Below, in pieces: positions 12,801 to 25,716 of a stretch of DNA of 64,000 bases. This stretch comes from Antedon mediterranea (lineage: Eukaryota > Animalia > Echinodermata): the NCBI RefSeq assembly GCF_964355755.1, contig NC_092672.1, positions 21,465,237-21,529,236 of the forward strand, written 5' to 3'. A program made the position numbers and the translations under genes. The notes under the pieces were generated by a model. That model was not told the origin of the DNA. It saw only the letters and a list, made by a program, of their open reading frames with translations, and did not search any database. How positions within the stretch are numbered: the stretch's first letter is position 1; each line of letters starts with the position of its first letter.

Positions 12801-13340
12801 GGCATAGCCTACTAGGATCATCATAATAGCAGTTTTCATACTGGAATTACGGAAAAAGGTTAAAGGTTTCAAGATGGTTTTAGGCCTGGGGTTAAACCAT
12901 ATAATATTTATATTATAAATAAAGGAAGTAAATTCATTGGTTAGTGTTCATTAAATATCTTTGTATCAAAATTGATTAAATTCACAGCATTAATGAATGG
13001 TGGTACAGAATAGTTAGCTTTGTTAAGAAAGCTAATTGTAATACTTTACTCTCTGTCCAAATTAGCTATTAAATCAAATCAACATCACAGGCAGAATGGC
13101 AAAGCATACCAGGTACACACACACTCACATTTCTATTTTTCTAAGGACACAATTACAACTCCTCCACTCCCAAATACTTGTAATAAGACTTTGTTTATGT
13201 AGAGCATCTTGTGTATATGTTTGTCTTGTGAACCTAGCTCTGAGGGTCCCTAATGATCAGCAATTGCTGGATGGATCACCCTCATTAAATATGGTTTAAA
13301 AAAAATATTAAAAACTGTAAATCAAGAAAAACAACATAAA

Positions 13341-15092
13341 CTAGATTTGAACTCGTCACTTCGGACGAGTTAGGTTATCCGCAGCGCAAAGGCCACGTGC
13401 ACGTCATACGTTAGAATATTGCGCGCAGAAAAACGATTATGCCATTGAAAAAATGTTAGTGCGCTCTCTATTTTGTGTCACGTCAAAGTATATACGGTAT
13501 ACATTATATTCTGTATACGTACTACATACAGTGTAGAATAGGTGAAAATAAGGGACCCAAGTTATTGACGCTTTTGGACATGATGACGTCATCACAATTT
13601 AAAAAATTGTAGATTATGCGAAAGATAATTGATTGGCCTAGACAATATAACAAAATGGGGGGAAATGGAATACGGATAAGTGGAGATGCGCTCTATTAAA
13701 TGTGATGAGCTATGCGAAAGAGACAAAAATCCTATATTTTATATTCGAGTGGCCATACGATGACGTCGCAATGTCCGGTTAGCCATATCGATGCATGATT
13801 TGATATCTACAACTCATCTACTTCCAGAATCTGAAATTTTAAAAATGTTCACCACGGAGTTTAGAATCTATGACTTTTTAAAGAAAGGCATAATTTTCAC
13901 GAATTTTTGAACTTTTTCATCAAAAACGCGCGCAAATTGTTCAATTCGATTTGCTTGTATGACGTAATTTAAAGTCGAAATTGATTGAAAATTGGTAAAT
14001 TTACTAAAAAAGGCCGAAAAAACAAAAATCAAGCAAAAAAAAGATGTTTTTGCGCTACGTGCGCACGCGCGCGTAAAAAAAATGATCACGTGTGGGAATT
14101 TTTGAAATGCTCAAAATGACATGAAACGCGTAGAAAGTTGATTAGAAATTGATTTTTGGCATTTTGAAATTTTAAACGCGCGTGCGCGCGTAACTTTTTT
14201 TTAAACATGCCATTTTTAATCCATAGAAAGTTTGAGCATGATATGACTTAAATTTTCACCAAGTTTCAATACAAAATGACTTTTAGTTTTTATTCTATGA
14301 TCAATCATTGAAATTCACAAAATCGCGCGTAACTTACGCTGCGCAACTCCGAAATTGTCCAAAAGCTTGGCTGCACATCAAATTGGGGGTAACGGTTGAT
14401 CCTAAGGAGCTATAATAGATTCAAAGTAGGCATAATTTTGACAATATTTTGTCACTTTTGCAACTAAAACGCAGGCAAATTGTCTAAATCAACGTGTTCG
14501 TATGACGTCATTTTAATTTGAAATGATGTCAATCTTTTTTAAAATGACTAGCAAAGGCTGGAAAATTACAATTCAAGAGAAAAAAACATGATTTTCGTAC
14601 TCCGTGCGCACCATACGCGTCAATTTTTTCGCGCGCGCGGGAATTTTTGGCATGCTTAAAATGTCATGATCAGCGTAGAAAGTTGATTAGAAATTAATTT
14701 TGCGCATTTTTAAATTTTAAATGCGTGTGCGCGCGTAACTTCTTGTAAAACATGCCATTTTTAATCCATAGAAAGTTTGCCCAAGATATGACTTAAATTT
14801 TCACCAAGTGTCAATACAAAATAACTTTTGGTTTATAATCTATGATCAATCATTGAAATTCATAAAATCGCGCGTAACTTACGCTGTGCGACTCTAACGT
14901 CATATAACGAAGTTTCTTGCACATCTACACATACAGGTCAATCTTTTGACAAAGTTATACAATCTTATGTTCACAAGTAATAGAGATATGCTGGTCACAA
15001 AAATCCGGGAAAGAAAGAAGAATAACAAAGAAGATGAAAAAGATATTTACAATCACAAGGGTTATCCGCAACTTTACAAGTTGCGGATAACC
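13341..15092 (-). mobile_element. Helentron-type non-autonomous element (HINE/DINE-1-like), copy 1
   Basis: On minus: 5' palindromic subTIR GGTTATCCGCAACTT..AAGTTGCGGATAACC, internal ~540-bp tandem modules, then 3' subTIR GCGGATAACC, stem-loop AACTCGTC-6nt-GACGAGTT and CTAG. Both flanks are T-runs. Confidence 0.75.
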
Positions 15093-15098
15093 AAAAAA

Positions 15099-17773
15099 CT
15101 AGATTTGAACTCGTCACTTTGACGAGTTCGGGTTATCCGCGCATTCGCAACATGCACATACTTTAAACTATATGAACCTCGACAATTATTATGCCATCCT
15201 TTGACATGAAATAAATATTTTTACAGTGCTGAATTGTACCTATTTTGTAGCATACATCATATTACAGTATTTACAGAATACACTGTATATGTTATATACA
15301 GTGTAGCATAGACGGAATTACAAGACCCATCTTTTAAATCCAATTATTAACACGATGACGTCATCAAATCGACATATAAAGATAACAATTTTAGAAGATA
15401 ATTATCTAAATAATTACATTAATACAAATTTTAAGAAATTTGAATACGTAAAATATAGATGCGCGCTCTTTTAAATGTGATGAACTATGATGCAAAATAT
15501 GAAAATACGACTTTTTGTATTCAACTGGTCATATGATGACGTCACAACATCTGATTGGCAAAATATTCACATGAATTTGTATCTACAATCCAATAGCTTC
15601 CAGAAAACGTTTTAATCATGATGATCACTTTTTATTCTGACGAGCTATAACAGATTGAAATTTACTGTAAAGATGGAAATAGGTGACCCACGTTATTTAC
15701 ATTTTTAGACATGATGATGTCATAAAAAATAAAATATTTTTAAATCATGCGAAAGATAGTTGATTGACCTAGACAGTATTAAAATATCTGAGGAAATGGA
15801 ATACGTATAAGCGAGATGCGCTCTATTTAATGTGATGAGCAATAACGAAATAGACAAAAATCCTATTTTTTACATTCGTGTGGCCATACGATGACGTCAT
15901 AACATCCGAGAGGTAAAAATTCTGCATAAGTTCATATCTACAATTTATCTTCTTGCATAATAAGTTAAAAAAATTGGGGGTTACCTTCGATCCTGAAGAG
16001 CTATAATAGATTCAAAATAGGCATTATTTTGACAATATTTTATAACTTTTTCAACAGAAACGCGCGCAAATTGTATAAATCAACGTGTTCGTATGACATC
16101 ATTTTAATTTGAAATGATGTCAATCTTTTTTAAAATGACTAGGAAAGGCTGTAAAATCATATTCAAGAGAAAAACACATGATTTTCATGCTCCGTGCGCA
16201 CCTTACGCGTAAAATTTTTCGCGCGCGTGGGAATTTTTGACATGTTCAAAATGTCATGATCAGTGTAGAAAGTTGATTAGAAATTATTTTTGCGCATTTT
16301 GAAATTTTAAATGCGCGTGCGCGCGTAACTTCTTGTGAAACATGCCATTTTTAATCGGGTGTCACGAAAGCTCAGACCACGAAAGCTCAGACCCCCTAAG
16401 ACCTAAGATCACGAAAGCTAAGACCCAACACCTAAGATTACAAATACTAAGATATACTACAGCTTAAAAACAATACTTGTTTATCCATACATAATTTTAA
16501 ACACAGTAGGTTTCATTTATTACCATAAATATAATTTAATACTACCGCAAAACATAGATAAACTCACATTATTTTCGCCCGTTGAGTAAATGTATATTTT
16601 TTCTTTACAACAAACAAACTTGACGGGTTGTTTGTTGGTTTATATTTACTCCATTGTGTTGCTTCAGAGGATGTTTTTCTTACGCACCTGCCTTTCTTGT
16701 ATTTTGACTCCAAATTTGTTGACTAACTTTATCCTGAACACCACACTTTAAAATTAGGACTTATAAGTACTTTCAGAAGGAGAAACACATAATAACAAAT
16801 AAATAAATCCTTTAAATTGATGATTTTACAGATGTGTTTCTTTGTATACTGTAATATGTAACTCCTCGAGCTCCCCATGCTCAATGTTTTTGTTTCTATG
16901 GAGCGCCAAAAGAGCAACAATAATAGTACAAGTATAAAAACAGAAAGAAAACGAAACAAAAAAACTTATCATGATTTTTAAATTAAAATTTATTTGCCAG
17001 TATTTATTTCTTCGTACTTGCATGATTATACTATTATCATTACAATTTTAATTTTACATTGTTCCATCCACACTGTAGATGGACTCCACAGAGTTTTCAG
17101 CCTTCTATATAATTTTTGCTCTTTTGACGTTCCATAGAAACAAAAACATTGAACATGGCCCATGAGGTAGGCCTACTGTACTGTAGGCTAGTCATTTTGT
17201 GTGCGAGAAAAACGTCTGTAAAATCATAAATTTAAAAATGTATTTGTTACTTTTTATGTGATTCTTTTTCATGAAAGTGCCAATTCTAAGGTGTGGTATT
17301 CAGAATAAATGTTGGGAGTTAAAATACAAGGCAGGTGCGAACAATAAATATTTGTAATCTTAGGTGTTGGGTCTTAGCTTTCGTGATCTTAGGTCTTAGG
17401 GGGTCTGAGCTTTCGTGGTCTGAGCTTTCGTGACACCCATTTTTAATCCATAGAAAGTTTGAACTTGATATGACTTAAATTTTTACCAAGTGTCAATACA
17501 AAATGACTTTTGGTTTATAATCTATGACCAATCATTGAAATTCATAAAATTGCGCGTAACTTACGCTGCGCGACTCTAACGTCATTAAAAATATGGAGGT
17601 GCACAACTTCAGGTAAATGTCCATATAATGACAAAGTTATACAAAAGATATATTCACAGGCAATAGGGGATATGCTGTACACAAAATTCCGGGAAAGAAA
17701 GAAGAATAACAAAGAAGATGAAAAAGATATTTACAATCACAAGGGTTATCCTGCAACTAAGTTGCGGATAACC
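15099..17773 (-). mobile_element. HINE copy 2, head-to-tail with copy 1 and interrupted by a MULE-like MITE
   Basis: Same termini (CTAGATTTGAACTCGTCA at 15099; GTTGCGGATAACC ending 17773) and the same internal modules. An extra isolated 5' terminus lies at 17808-17837. Confidence 0.75.
16357..17438. mobile_element. Mutator/MULE-like foldback MITE
   Basis: ~90-bp perfect TIRs start GGGTGTCACGAAAGCTCAGACC. The 10-bp TSD ATTTTTAATC (16347-16356 and 17439-17448) is confirmed by empty sites in the neighbouring HINE modules. Confidence 0.88.
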
Positions 17774-18149
17774 AAAAAAAAAAAAAAAAAAAAGATCCTG
17801 ACAATAACAAGGGGTTATCCGCCAAGTGCGGATAACCAACCATGACACTTTTAACTTTTAAATCCCTAAAAATAAGGTTACATTATTATAAACACTCATA
17901 TATAGAATTTGTCAAATTTTATATATATTTATTAACATAGTAAATAAGTCAATACAGTATATTGTGTCATATTTGTTGTGATGGTTTGTTATCCAAACAT
18001 TATCATTATTTGTATACATTACCTTTTTTTCTTATTCATCATTAATGATAATAAAAGTTTAAATTTGTAACTTATCATCTAGATTTTGACTTCTTCACTG
18101 TAAATGAAATGATAAAATACACTTTGTCAAGTGAAACAAAATTCACTTA

Positions 18150-18720
18150 ATGAAATAAATTAAATCAATAAATTTAAACTCAGATTACAAATACTGCCAC
18201 CAGTGTCCCAACATTTGAGATCACTTCTTTCTTATAAAAACTGCCACCAATGTAAGCTTATTTGTTATCTTTGCTGTTCTATATTTGTAATCAATACAAA
18301 GGTTAAAGTGTAAATATTACCTTTTTATGGATTCTCTCTCTACAGTGTTGAGCCTAATCTAATACTGTTTTACTTAAATTGTACAAAGGGTTCTTAAAGC
18401 TTATCCACATGTCTAAATTAGATGGAAGTTTTTCAATTCAATTGTTATTTACAGTTTTGCTGAAAGAAATTGATAGGTTGCAAATTTAAATTGATTTAAC
18501 AAAGTTACGAATGTGAATTGAGAGATTGTTCCAAATGGCTGGAATGACATTTAAAAAGAATATTTAAGAGAGTTACAATGGAAAAAAAGGATACAGAAAG
18601 TGGGGAAATCTTTTCTTTGATTAATAAAGTATTACAGACCAAAATGTTTCATTATTTTGTGTTTTAGCCTAGAGGGCGTTGTTAAGAATTGTGTTGTTAA
18701 TTGGTCAAACATTTTAAAAG
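18150..18720 (-). mobile_element. Decayed L2/CR1 LINE 3' fragment
   Basis: Minus strand reads approximately KYSF-NVIPAIWNNLSIHIR (~18510-18565), resembling the CR1/L2 ORF2 C-terminal motif. Boundaries approximate. Confidence 0.4.
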
Positions 18721-19316
18721 ATTACTTTGTACGGTTCATATTTATTTTACAGGGTGTGAGTGAGTGTAGCTACTGTATGACACAAAGTACAATGTTATTG
18801 AACTTCCTTCAATATAGGTAGCTTGTACTATTGACTATTATGTAATTTGCACATTTTGAGCTTTGCTGTCATGTGACTATACAATCACTCAATCAATTTT
18901 CAATAAAAATCATTAAATTCATTTTTAAACATTTTATTTGAATAATTTATTCACCATGTGACATGATCAAAAAGAAAAATCAATATGCATCTGTAGTATA
19001 AGATGCTTTTATTAAAATGTCATTATAGCACAAGGCAGAATTGGAAGTAAAGTTTCACAATATATAATAAAAAATAGTTGAAATGGTAAATCATACAAAA
19101 TGAAAAATCTATACAAAATTAACAAGAAACAAACATGATACAAATAAGATAACAATTTATTTGACATTGACATTATCTTATATTATGATCTTTGGATTTT
19201 CTATTTATTTTACCTTGTTTTTAACCAATATTACATTTGAAATTGTAGGGCAATGATAAAATGAAAGCAAACATTAAATCATGCGACTTTGAATACTTGA
19301 TTGACGCAGACAATAT

Positions 19317-20015
19317 AACAATTCTTGTCCAGTATTGATCTTCATTATTTCAAATCTTTAAAAGTAAAATGTTTACTGTAGAGTTTTGTGTTGTAGCTGT
19401 TTAACAATTCTTGTCCAGTCAGGGGAAAATTTCATTTTAAAATTTTGTTTAGCAATTATTGCTAATCAAACTGTTTTTTTAGTCGAGAACCATAGTTTTG
19501 TATTGTATTTTTTGCTACACAATTTTAGAAATGTGTAGCAATAAGGTTGTTTTGTATAACTTTTTGCTATGCTACACTGGCGAAATTATTCCCTGCCAGT
19601 ATTGGTCTTCATTTCATATCTTTAAAAGTAAAATGTTCATTATAGAGTATTTGTGATGTAGCTGTTTAACAATTCTTGTCCGGTATTGGTCTTCATTATT
19701 GCATATCTTTAAAAGTAAAATGTTCATTATAGAGTATTTGTGTTGTAGCTGTTTAACAATTCTTGTCCGGTATTGGTCTTCATTATTACATATCTTTAAA
19801 AGTAAAATGTTCATTATAGAGTATTTGTGATGTAGTTGTTTAACAATTCTTGTCCGGTATTGGTCTTCATTATTTCATATCTTTAAAAGTAAAATGTTCA
19901 TTATAGAGTATTTGTGTTGTAGCTGTTTAACAATTCTTGTCTAGTATTGGTCTTCATTATTGCATATCTTTTAAAGTAAAATGTTCATTATAGAGTATTT
20001 GTGTTGTAGGTGTTT
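19317..20015. repeat. 87-bp tandem array, ~6 units
   Basis: AACAATTCTTGTC starts at ~19317, 19403, 19668, 19755, 19842 and 19929. Unit 2 is split by an insertion. Confidence 0.93.
19420..19595. mobile_element. 176-bp MITE with CAGGG termini and 5-bp TSD
   Basis: CAGGGGAAAATTTC ... GAAATTATTCCCTG (12/14 TIR match). CCAGT is duplicated at 19415-19419 and 19596-19600. Confidence 0.8.
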
Positions 20016-20578
20016 GTCATGTTGGTTTTACCTGCTTGTCTTTACATTCTATTAGTATGTTAAACATTTTGTACAGTAAAGAGTTAAGTTGTACATTTTT
20101 ACCCTGTTGTTTCTTGTGTATGGGCAAAGTGTAATAAATAATTATCTTTATTGAAAATGATACCTTAATATTTTCATCTGTTGCAACTGATATTACAATT
20201 TCTTGAGTTGTAGATTGTATACCTTTGAAATCTCCTGTCTGATTCAGCAGCAGCCGGTTATCTAATGTATACATTTTAGTTTTCTTATAGTTGTTTAACT
20301 TCATAGGTAGAATAATCATGTTGTCATGCTGTATGTCATTTATTTGAATGGGTTCATACAGCACAACTTAGTTTGTTTGTATTAATAGTTTATTTACACA
20401 CTACATCTAGAAGCGATGCGAGTAAGACGTGTCGAATAATCGCTCCTGGAAATCAAACATTTCACGTGTCACACCAGCTGAATGCATTGTTACACATAGT
20501 CGCAACCTACGTTTACTATTGTTCATTTACCTCAAGGAATTTTGTTTACTCGATTTCAGTGTTTTATTTGCCCGCAAC

Positions 20579-21403
20579 ATGGGCGGTGGTAAGCCAAAAG
20601 GAGGACAGAGGGACGATTCGCCTGCAGCCAGGCCACATCGTAACCAAAAAGAGGCTGAAGGAAAAGGCATCCCTTGCCTTGAAGATAAGTTAGATAAGTC
20701 CAATTGCGACATAGACTCTAAGGAAATCGCTGGCATTATCCAATCTGAATTGAAACTCTTATTTGATGGCAAATCGGACATATTGGATAACTTAGCGAAA
20801 CAAATAACATCGATGATCAAGGACCAACTGGCTGAGCATATTATGCAAATTGTTAGTAAAGCCACTATGGATGCTCTTAGATTTGAACTTGATGAGCCGA
20901 ATGATCGCATGAAGCAAATGGAACAGGAAATCGAGGACATTAGGGAATCACTGGATGAAAGTGAACAATATTCCAGGAGGAACTGTTTGGTGATACACGC
21001 ACTGGAGGAGAAAGTAGGTGAGAATACCGATAATATTGTTACACAATTATTTAGTTCTAAGATGAACCTTACGGTGAATCATAATGACATTGATAGGAGT
21101 CACAGACTAGGCCCCAAGAAACCAAGTAACGGCAAGCCCCGGGGAGTTATTGTGAAGTTCGCTCAATACAATAAAAGAAATGAAGTTTATAAAGCAAAAA
21201 GAAAACTGAAAGGTACCGATACCTTTATACACGAGAACCTAACAATGAAAAGGATGAAATTGTTAAGAACCATCAAAACCCAGCATAATTCCGCCTTGAC
21301 CGCAGTCTGGACCCAAGATGGACGCATACATGTACTAACTAAGAATAATAAGAAGATTGTCGTAACAAAATTTTCCGATCTCAACAAACTGCATTCCACC
21401 TAA
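20579..21403 (+). CDS. LINE ORF1 protein (coiled coil + RRM, L1 transposase-22-like)
   Basis: Open from the ATG at 20579, with motifs EQYSRRNCLVIHALEE, IDRSHRLG, PRGVIVKF, FIHENLT and VWTQDGRI typical of CR1/L2 ORF1. Confidence 0.88.
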   Translation: MGGGKPKGGQRDDSPAARPHRNQKEAEGKGIPCLEDKLDKSNCDIDSKEIAGIIQSELKLLFDGKSDILDNLAKQITSMIKDQLAEHIMQIVSKATMDALRFELDEPNDRMKQMEQEIEDIRESLDESEQYSRRNCLVIHALEEKVGENTDNIVTQLFSSKMNLTVNHNDIDRSHRLGPKKPSNGKPRGVIVKFAQYNKRNEVYKAKRKLKGTDTFIHENLTMKRMKLLRTIKTQHNSALTAVWTQDGRIHVLTKNNKKIVVTKFSDLNKLHST

Positions 21404-21652
21404 TTTACCGTGTGGTAGTACATTAAATGTGAAATTGTGAGATTTCTTGTTTTTGCCCTGAAACCAGAATTTTAACTATTGTATACATTATAGACTGCAA
21501 TAACTGTTTGGTGTGTGTGCTTTATTGTGATTATTTTTATTGTAAATTGTGTTTTTTTTAATTATTGTATTGCTAACCTGCCGGTTTTTAGTCATTTATT
21601 TGAACGCCATTTTTGAATTGATTGTATTTTGTTCTTTTTCCAATACTACTTT

Positions 21653-24600
21653 ATGAGCACGACTCAATATGAAAATAAATCGAGTCCTACACATTCCATA
21701 GATTGCTTTGAAAGTGAAGAGGCTGGTTTATGCAAATATTTCACTCCAACACAACTAAATGAGCTACAGGCGCAAATTGATAACAATGGTATCTTTACAA
21801 CGTTACACATGAATGCACGTAGTCTTCCAAAACACTTCGACGAAATTAGCATTATGTTAGATACCATAGGTCGTGCGTTTGATGTACTTGGTTTCTCGGA
21901 AACCTGGATAAATAAGAACACGCCAATTGACTTATTAAATATCAATGGATACAATATGTACACTTGTAATAGAGAAGGTAGAGTCGGTGGTGGAGTTTGT
22001 CTATATTTAAAAGAACAAATCAACACCGTAACACGTGATGATTTTGTATTTAATGATAACTCCATTGATTCACTTTTTCTAGAAATAATAAACACAAACG
22101 GCAAAAATACTATTGTAGGTATGTTGTATCGACCACCAAATTCAAACGTCAACTCATTTAACTCTGATCTGGAAGAAATCTTACATAAACTTAATCGCGA
22201 AAACAAAAACTGCTATATCTTAGGAGATTTTAATCAAGACTTATTAAAATATGACATTCAAAAAACAACACAGGAATTCACAAACATTATTTATTCAACA
22301 TCTTTTAATCCATTAATCAACTTACCCAACAGAATAACATCGTCTTCTGCTACAATTTTAGATAATATTATTACAAATGATGATAACATTTCGCATTGTG
22401 GAGTAATAGTCACTGACATTACCTATCATCTACCCATTTTCATGACAACACACTTGTCATTAAATACTAACACAAAAGCTCCAATTACAAAACAAAAAAT
22501 AATTAATGATACAACATTAAATAACTTGCTTATTGCTATTTCTAATGAGGATTGGGGTGAACTATATTTATGCACAGATACCAATACATCATATAGCCTA
22601 TTTATTAAAAAACTATCCAATCTCATAGATAATAACATACCTACAAAAAGTAATAAGCCAAATGGTAATACAAAGAAAAAACCATGGATCACAACAGGAA
22701 TTTTGATTTCAATAAAAAAGAAAAATAAACTTTATAAAAAATACCTTAAAAACCCAACACAATTATTAAAAAATATATATAAAAAGTACAAAAATAAATT
22801 AACTCATTTAATTAGAATTCGGAAAAAACAATATTATTCCAAAAAACTGGATGCAGCTCGACACGATTCAAAGCAAACATGGAAAGTTTTAAATGAAGTT
22901 CTAAATAGAAAAAAATCGAGTGTTAAGCCAAATGAGGTAATTAACCATAGTAATAAAACTTTGGTATGTGATCCAAAAGGTATGTCTGACGCTTTTAATG
23001 ACTTCTTCTCCAACATTGGAAATGAATTAGCAAACAAAATACCAAATGTAAACAATTCTGACTTTAAACAATATGAAAGAGAGTCAATCCCAATCCATAT
23101 TTTTCAATCCTACGAATGAAGAAGAGGTCATTGAAATAGTTAGTCAAATCAAAAATTCAAATTCAGAAGGTGTTGATAACTTAAGTAATCGCATTCTAAA
23201 ACATATTATTGCTGCTGTGGCATCTCCTCTTGTACATATCTTTAACCTCTCTCTTGAGACAGGCATGGTCCCTGATAGTATGAAAGTAGCTAGAGTAGTT
23301 CCAATTTTTAAATCTGGCAATAAAAGTGACGTCAGTAATTATAGGCCGATCTCTATTCTGCCTACCGCTTCAAAAATTCTTGAAAAAATTGTACAAATTA
23401 GAGTAAATAATTATAATATAATTTATATCATATAAATTATGATATAATTTATATCACAAAGTTTACCATCCTTAATAATGCACAATATGGTTTCAGAAAA
23501 AACAGTTCTACTTTTAAGGCCGTTATAGATCTGGTTGAACGAATAACCGATGCGCTTGATAAGAAAAAATATACCATCGGAATATTTATTGATTTGTCAA
23601 AAGCGTTTGACACCATCAACCATGATATACTTCTTACAAAATTGGAACACTATGGCATAAGAGGCACGGCCCTTAAATGGTTTAGAAACTATATTAGTGG
23701 CAGGAAACAATTTACGTCTATTGATAACACAAGTTCGTGTTTGATGGATATAAATTGCGGTGTACCACAGGGTACAATTCTGGGGCCTCTACTTTTTATT
23801 CTGTACATTAACGATGTATTTAATTGCTCAAACTCGTTATCTTTTGTTTTATTTGCTGATGACACAAACATATCTGCATCTCACAAAAACTTGGATACGC
23901 TCATAGAACTAGTTAATGGTGAACTAAAAAATGTTTCGGATTGGTTCATGTGCAATAAACTATCAATCAACGTTAAAAAAACTAATTACATAATTTTCCG
24001 CAATCAGCGAAATCCAAGTAATTTAGAGAATGTAAATATTTATGTCAACAATAAAAGAATAGATAGAGTTAAATCGACTAAATTCCTTGGAGTACATATT
24101 GATGAATTTCTCACATATAAGAACCACATCAATGTTACAGCTAGGAAAATATCTCGATATGTAGGCATACTATATAAAGTAAGACATTTTTTACCAACCT
24201 ATGCTCTCTGGACAATATACAAATCACTCATTGAATATTAAATTATTGCAACATAATATGGTGTAGCACATTTCCAAGTTATCTAGATGAGTTATTTAAA
24301 CTCCAGAAAAGGGCATTACGAGCTATAAAATGGTCAAAGTTTAATGATTCAATGACTGAATGTTTCTATAAATTTAAACTTCTTAAAATTGCGGATATCA
24401 ATAAGTACCAAATTGGGCTTTTCATGTATAATGTTACTACTAATCAGGACGTGCGTTTTTCATCGCTCTTTATTAAAAATGGTTCTTACCATAATTATAA
24501 TACAAGATCTAAAGACAAAATGAGACTCAGAAAACGTAATCGTACTTCTACTAGTTTTACTGTGTCATGTGTGGGACCCAAATTGTGGAATGACTTGAAT

Positions 24601-24678
24601 TACGAACTACAAAGTACCAAATCAATATATATATTTAAATCATTGTTTAAAGAATATTTATTATCATTTTACAAATAA
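21653..24678 (+). pseudogene. LINE ORF2 (endonuclease-reverse transcriptase), frameshifted
   Basis: HMNARSL, FSETW, GGGVCLY, YRPPN, GDFN, NYRPISILP, DLSKAFDT, GVPQGTILGPLLF, LFADDT and KFLGV are in order. The frame is broken near 23075, 23410-23455 and 24235. Confidence 0.93.
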
Positions 24679-25515
24679 TTTTAAAAATAATACTTGTTGC
24701 AGGATTTAGCTTTTTTATTATTTTTGTTTTAGTTTTTTAGGCTAGTTAGGGACATAGGGGGACACAACTAATCAAGCTCTTTTGAGTTTTTATGTGTTTC
24801 CTTTTCATCTTTTTTATGTTCTCATATATTGTTGTTGTATATTTTCATGATTGAGGATGAATAAAGAATATTTGAATTGAATTTGATCATTTTCTTTGGT
24901 TTTTTGCCTGTAAACATTCAATTGGTTAGATTTTGTCTTGTCTCTCATTAAGTAGGCCTACTAAAATTGTTTAATAAAGAATATATTTAACACCAAATAT
25001 TTAACCAGGCTTTGTTGCACTATTGTACTTGTAGCATTAAATATAGTAGGTTTATTTATATACTTTTTTAAACACTCTAAAGTAAAATTCACAATAAACT
25101 TTTTACAGTTTGTCTTCTGTCTTTATACAATTTTGTTTCAATATTACTATCAACCAAATTACAAAAAATAGTGTATAATTTACTTTATTAATATTTAAAA
25201 CCAAAGTTGTTTTTTTAAATCTTTAAATTCAACGATCAAAGTCTTTTATCAGATTGTTTGTTGACTGATTAGCAATTGTGCTCTGTATTTTATTTACTAG
25301 ACATTTATAAAAATTGACGAGTTATATTATCATTCAAGCAAGTTTTTTATTTTTTATAAACAATAAACGTGTGTCTTTGAAGAATTTCATTTCGCTTCTA
25401 AGTTTATCAAAGAAAGAGTAAACGGAGAGTACTTTCCTCCATGCTCAAACGTTTAAATCTCTATATGAAATCTTTATCAACTCACGTCATGACATCAGTT
25501 GTTGATGATGTTGTA

Positions 25516-25716
25516 TTGAAGGTCATGCGGTCCCTGGCCAGGTGAGAATGCAATTAGGTAATTGTACAGATTGTTCATTGTTTATCTATCTTCCTTCTAA
25601 TGTTTGACTCTCTAATTGACTCTGTCTATCTTTCCATTTTGTTTCCTTAGATAGGATGTTTTCCTCCCATTTTGGTACATGATTTTCACCTGGCCAGGTA
25701 CCGTACAACCTCCAAT
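25516..25716. mobile_element. Small degenerate inverted-repeat element
   Basis: ATTGAAGGTCATGCGGTCCCTGGCCAGGTGAGAAT is an imperfect reverse complement of ATTTTCACCTGGCCAGGTACCGTACAACCTCCAAT. Confidence 0.5.

Larger units (their letters stand above)
20373..24886 (+). mobile_element. Near full-length L2/Crack (CR1-group) LINE
   Basis: ORF1, ORF2 (APE endonuclease + RT), a 3' UTR with stem-loop (~24757-24800), AATAAA at ~24860 and a TTGAA-repeat tail. The 5' boundary is approximate. Confidence 0.93.

Noticed and set aside
18753-18759. Possible 5' UTR micro-exon (TTTTACAG|GGTGTGA|GTGAGT)
   Set aside because: Splice-like motifs alone are common and cannot be supported without transcripts.
19614-20364. 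Minus-strand ORFs 19614-19814 and 20017-20364
   Set aside because: The first comes from an 87-bp (multiple of three) repeat. The second has no recognisable motif; a decayed TE origin is possible but unsupported.
5832-23871. Antisense ORFs overlapping the LINEs (e.g. 5832-6383, 20527-20940, 21664-22206)
   Set aside because: Shadow frames of the LINE ORFs with no independent motifs.
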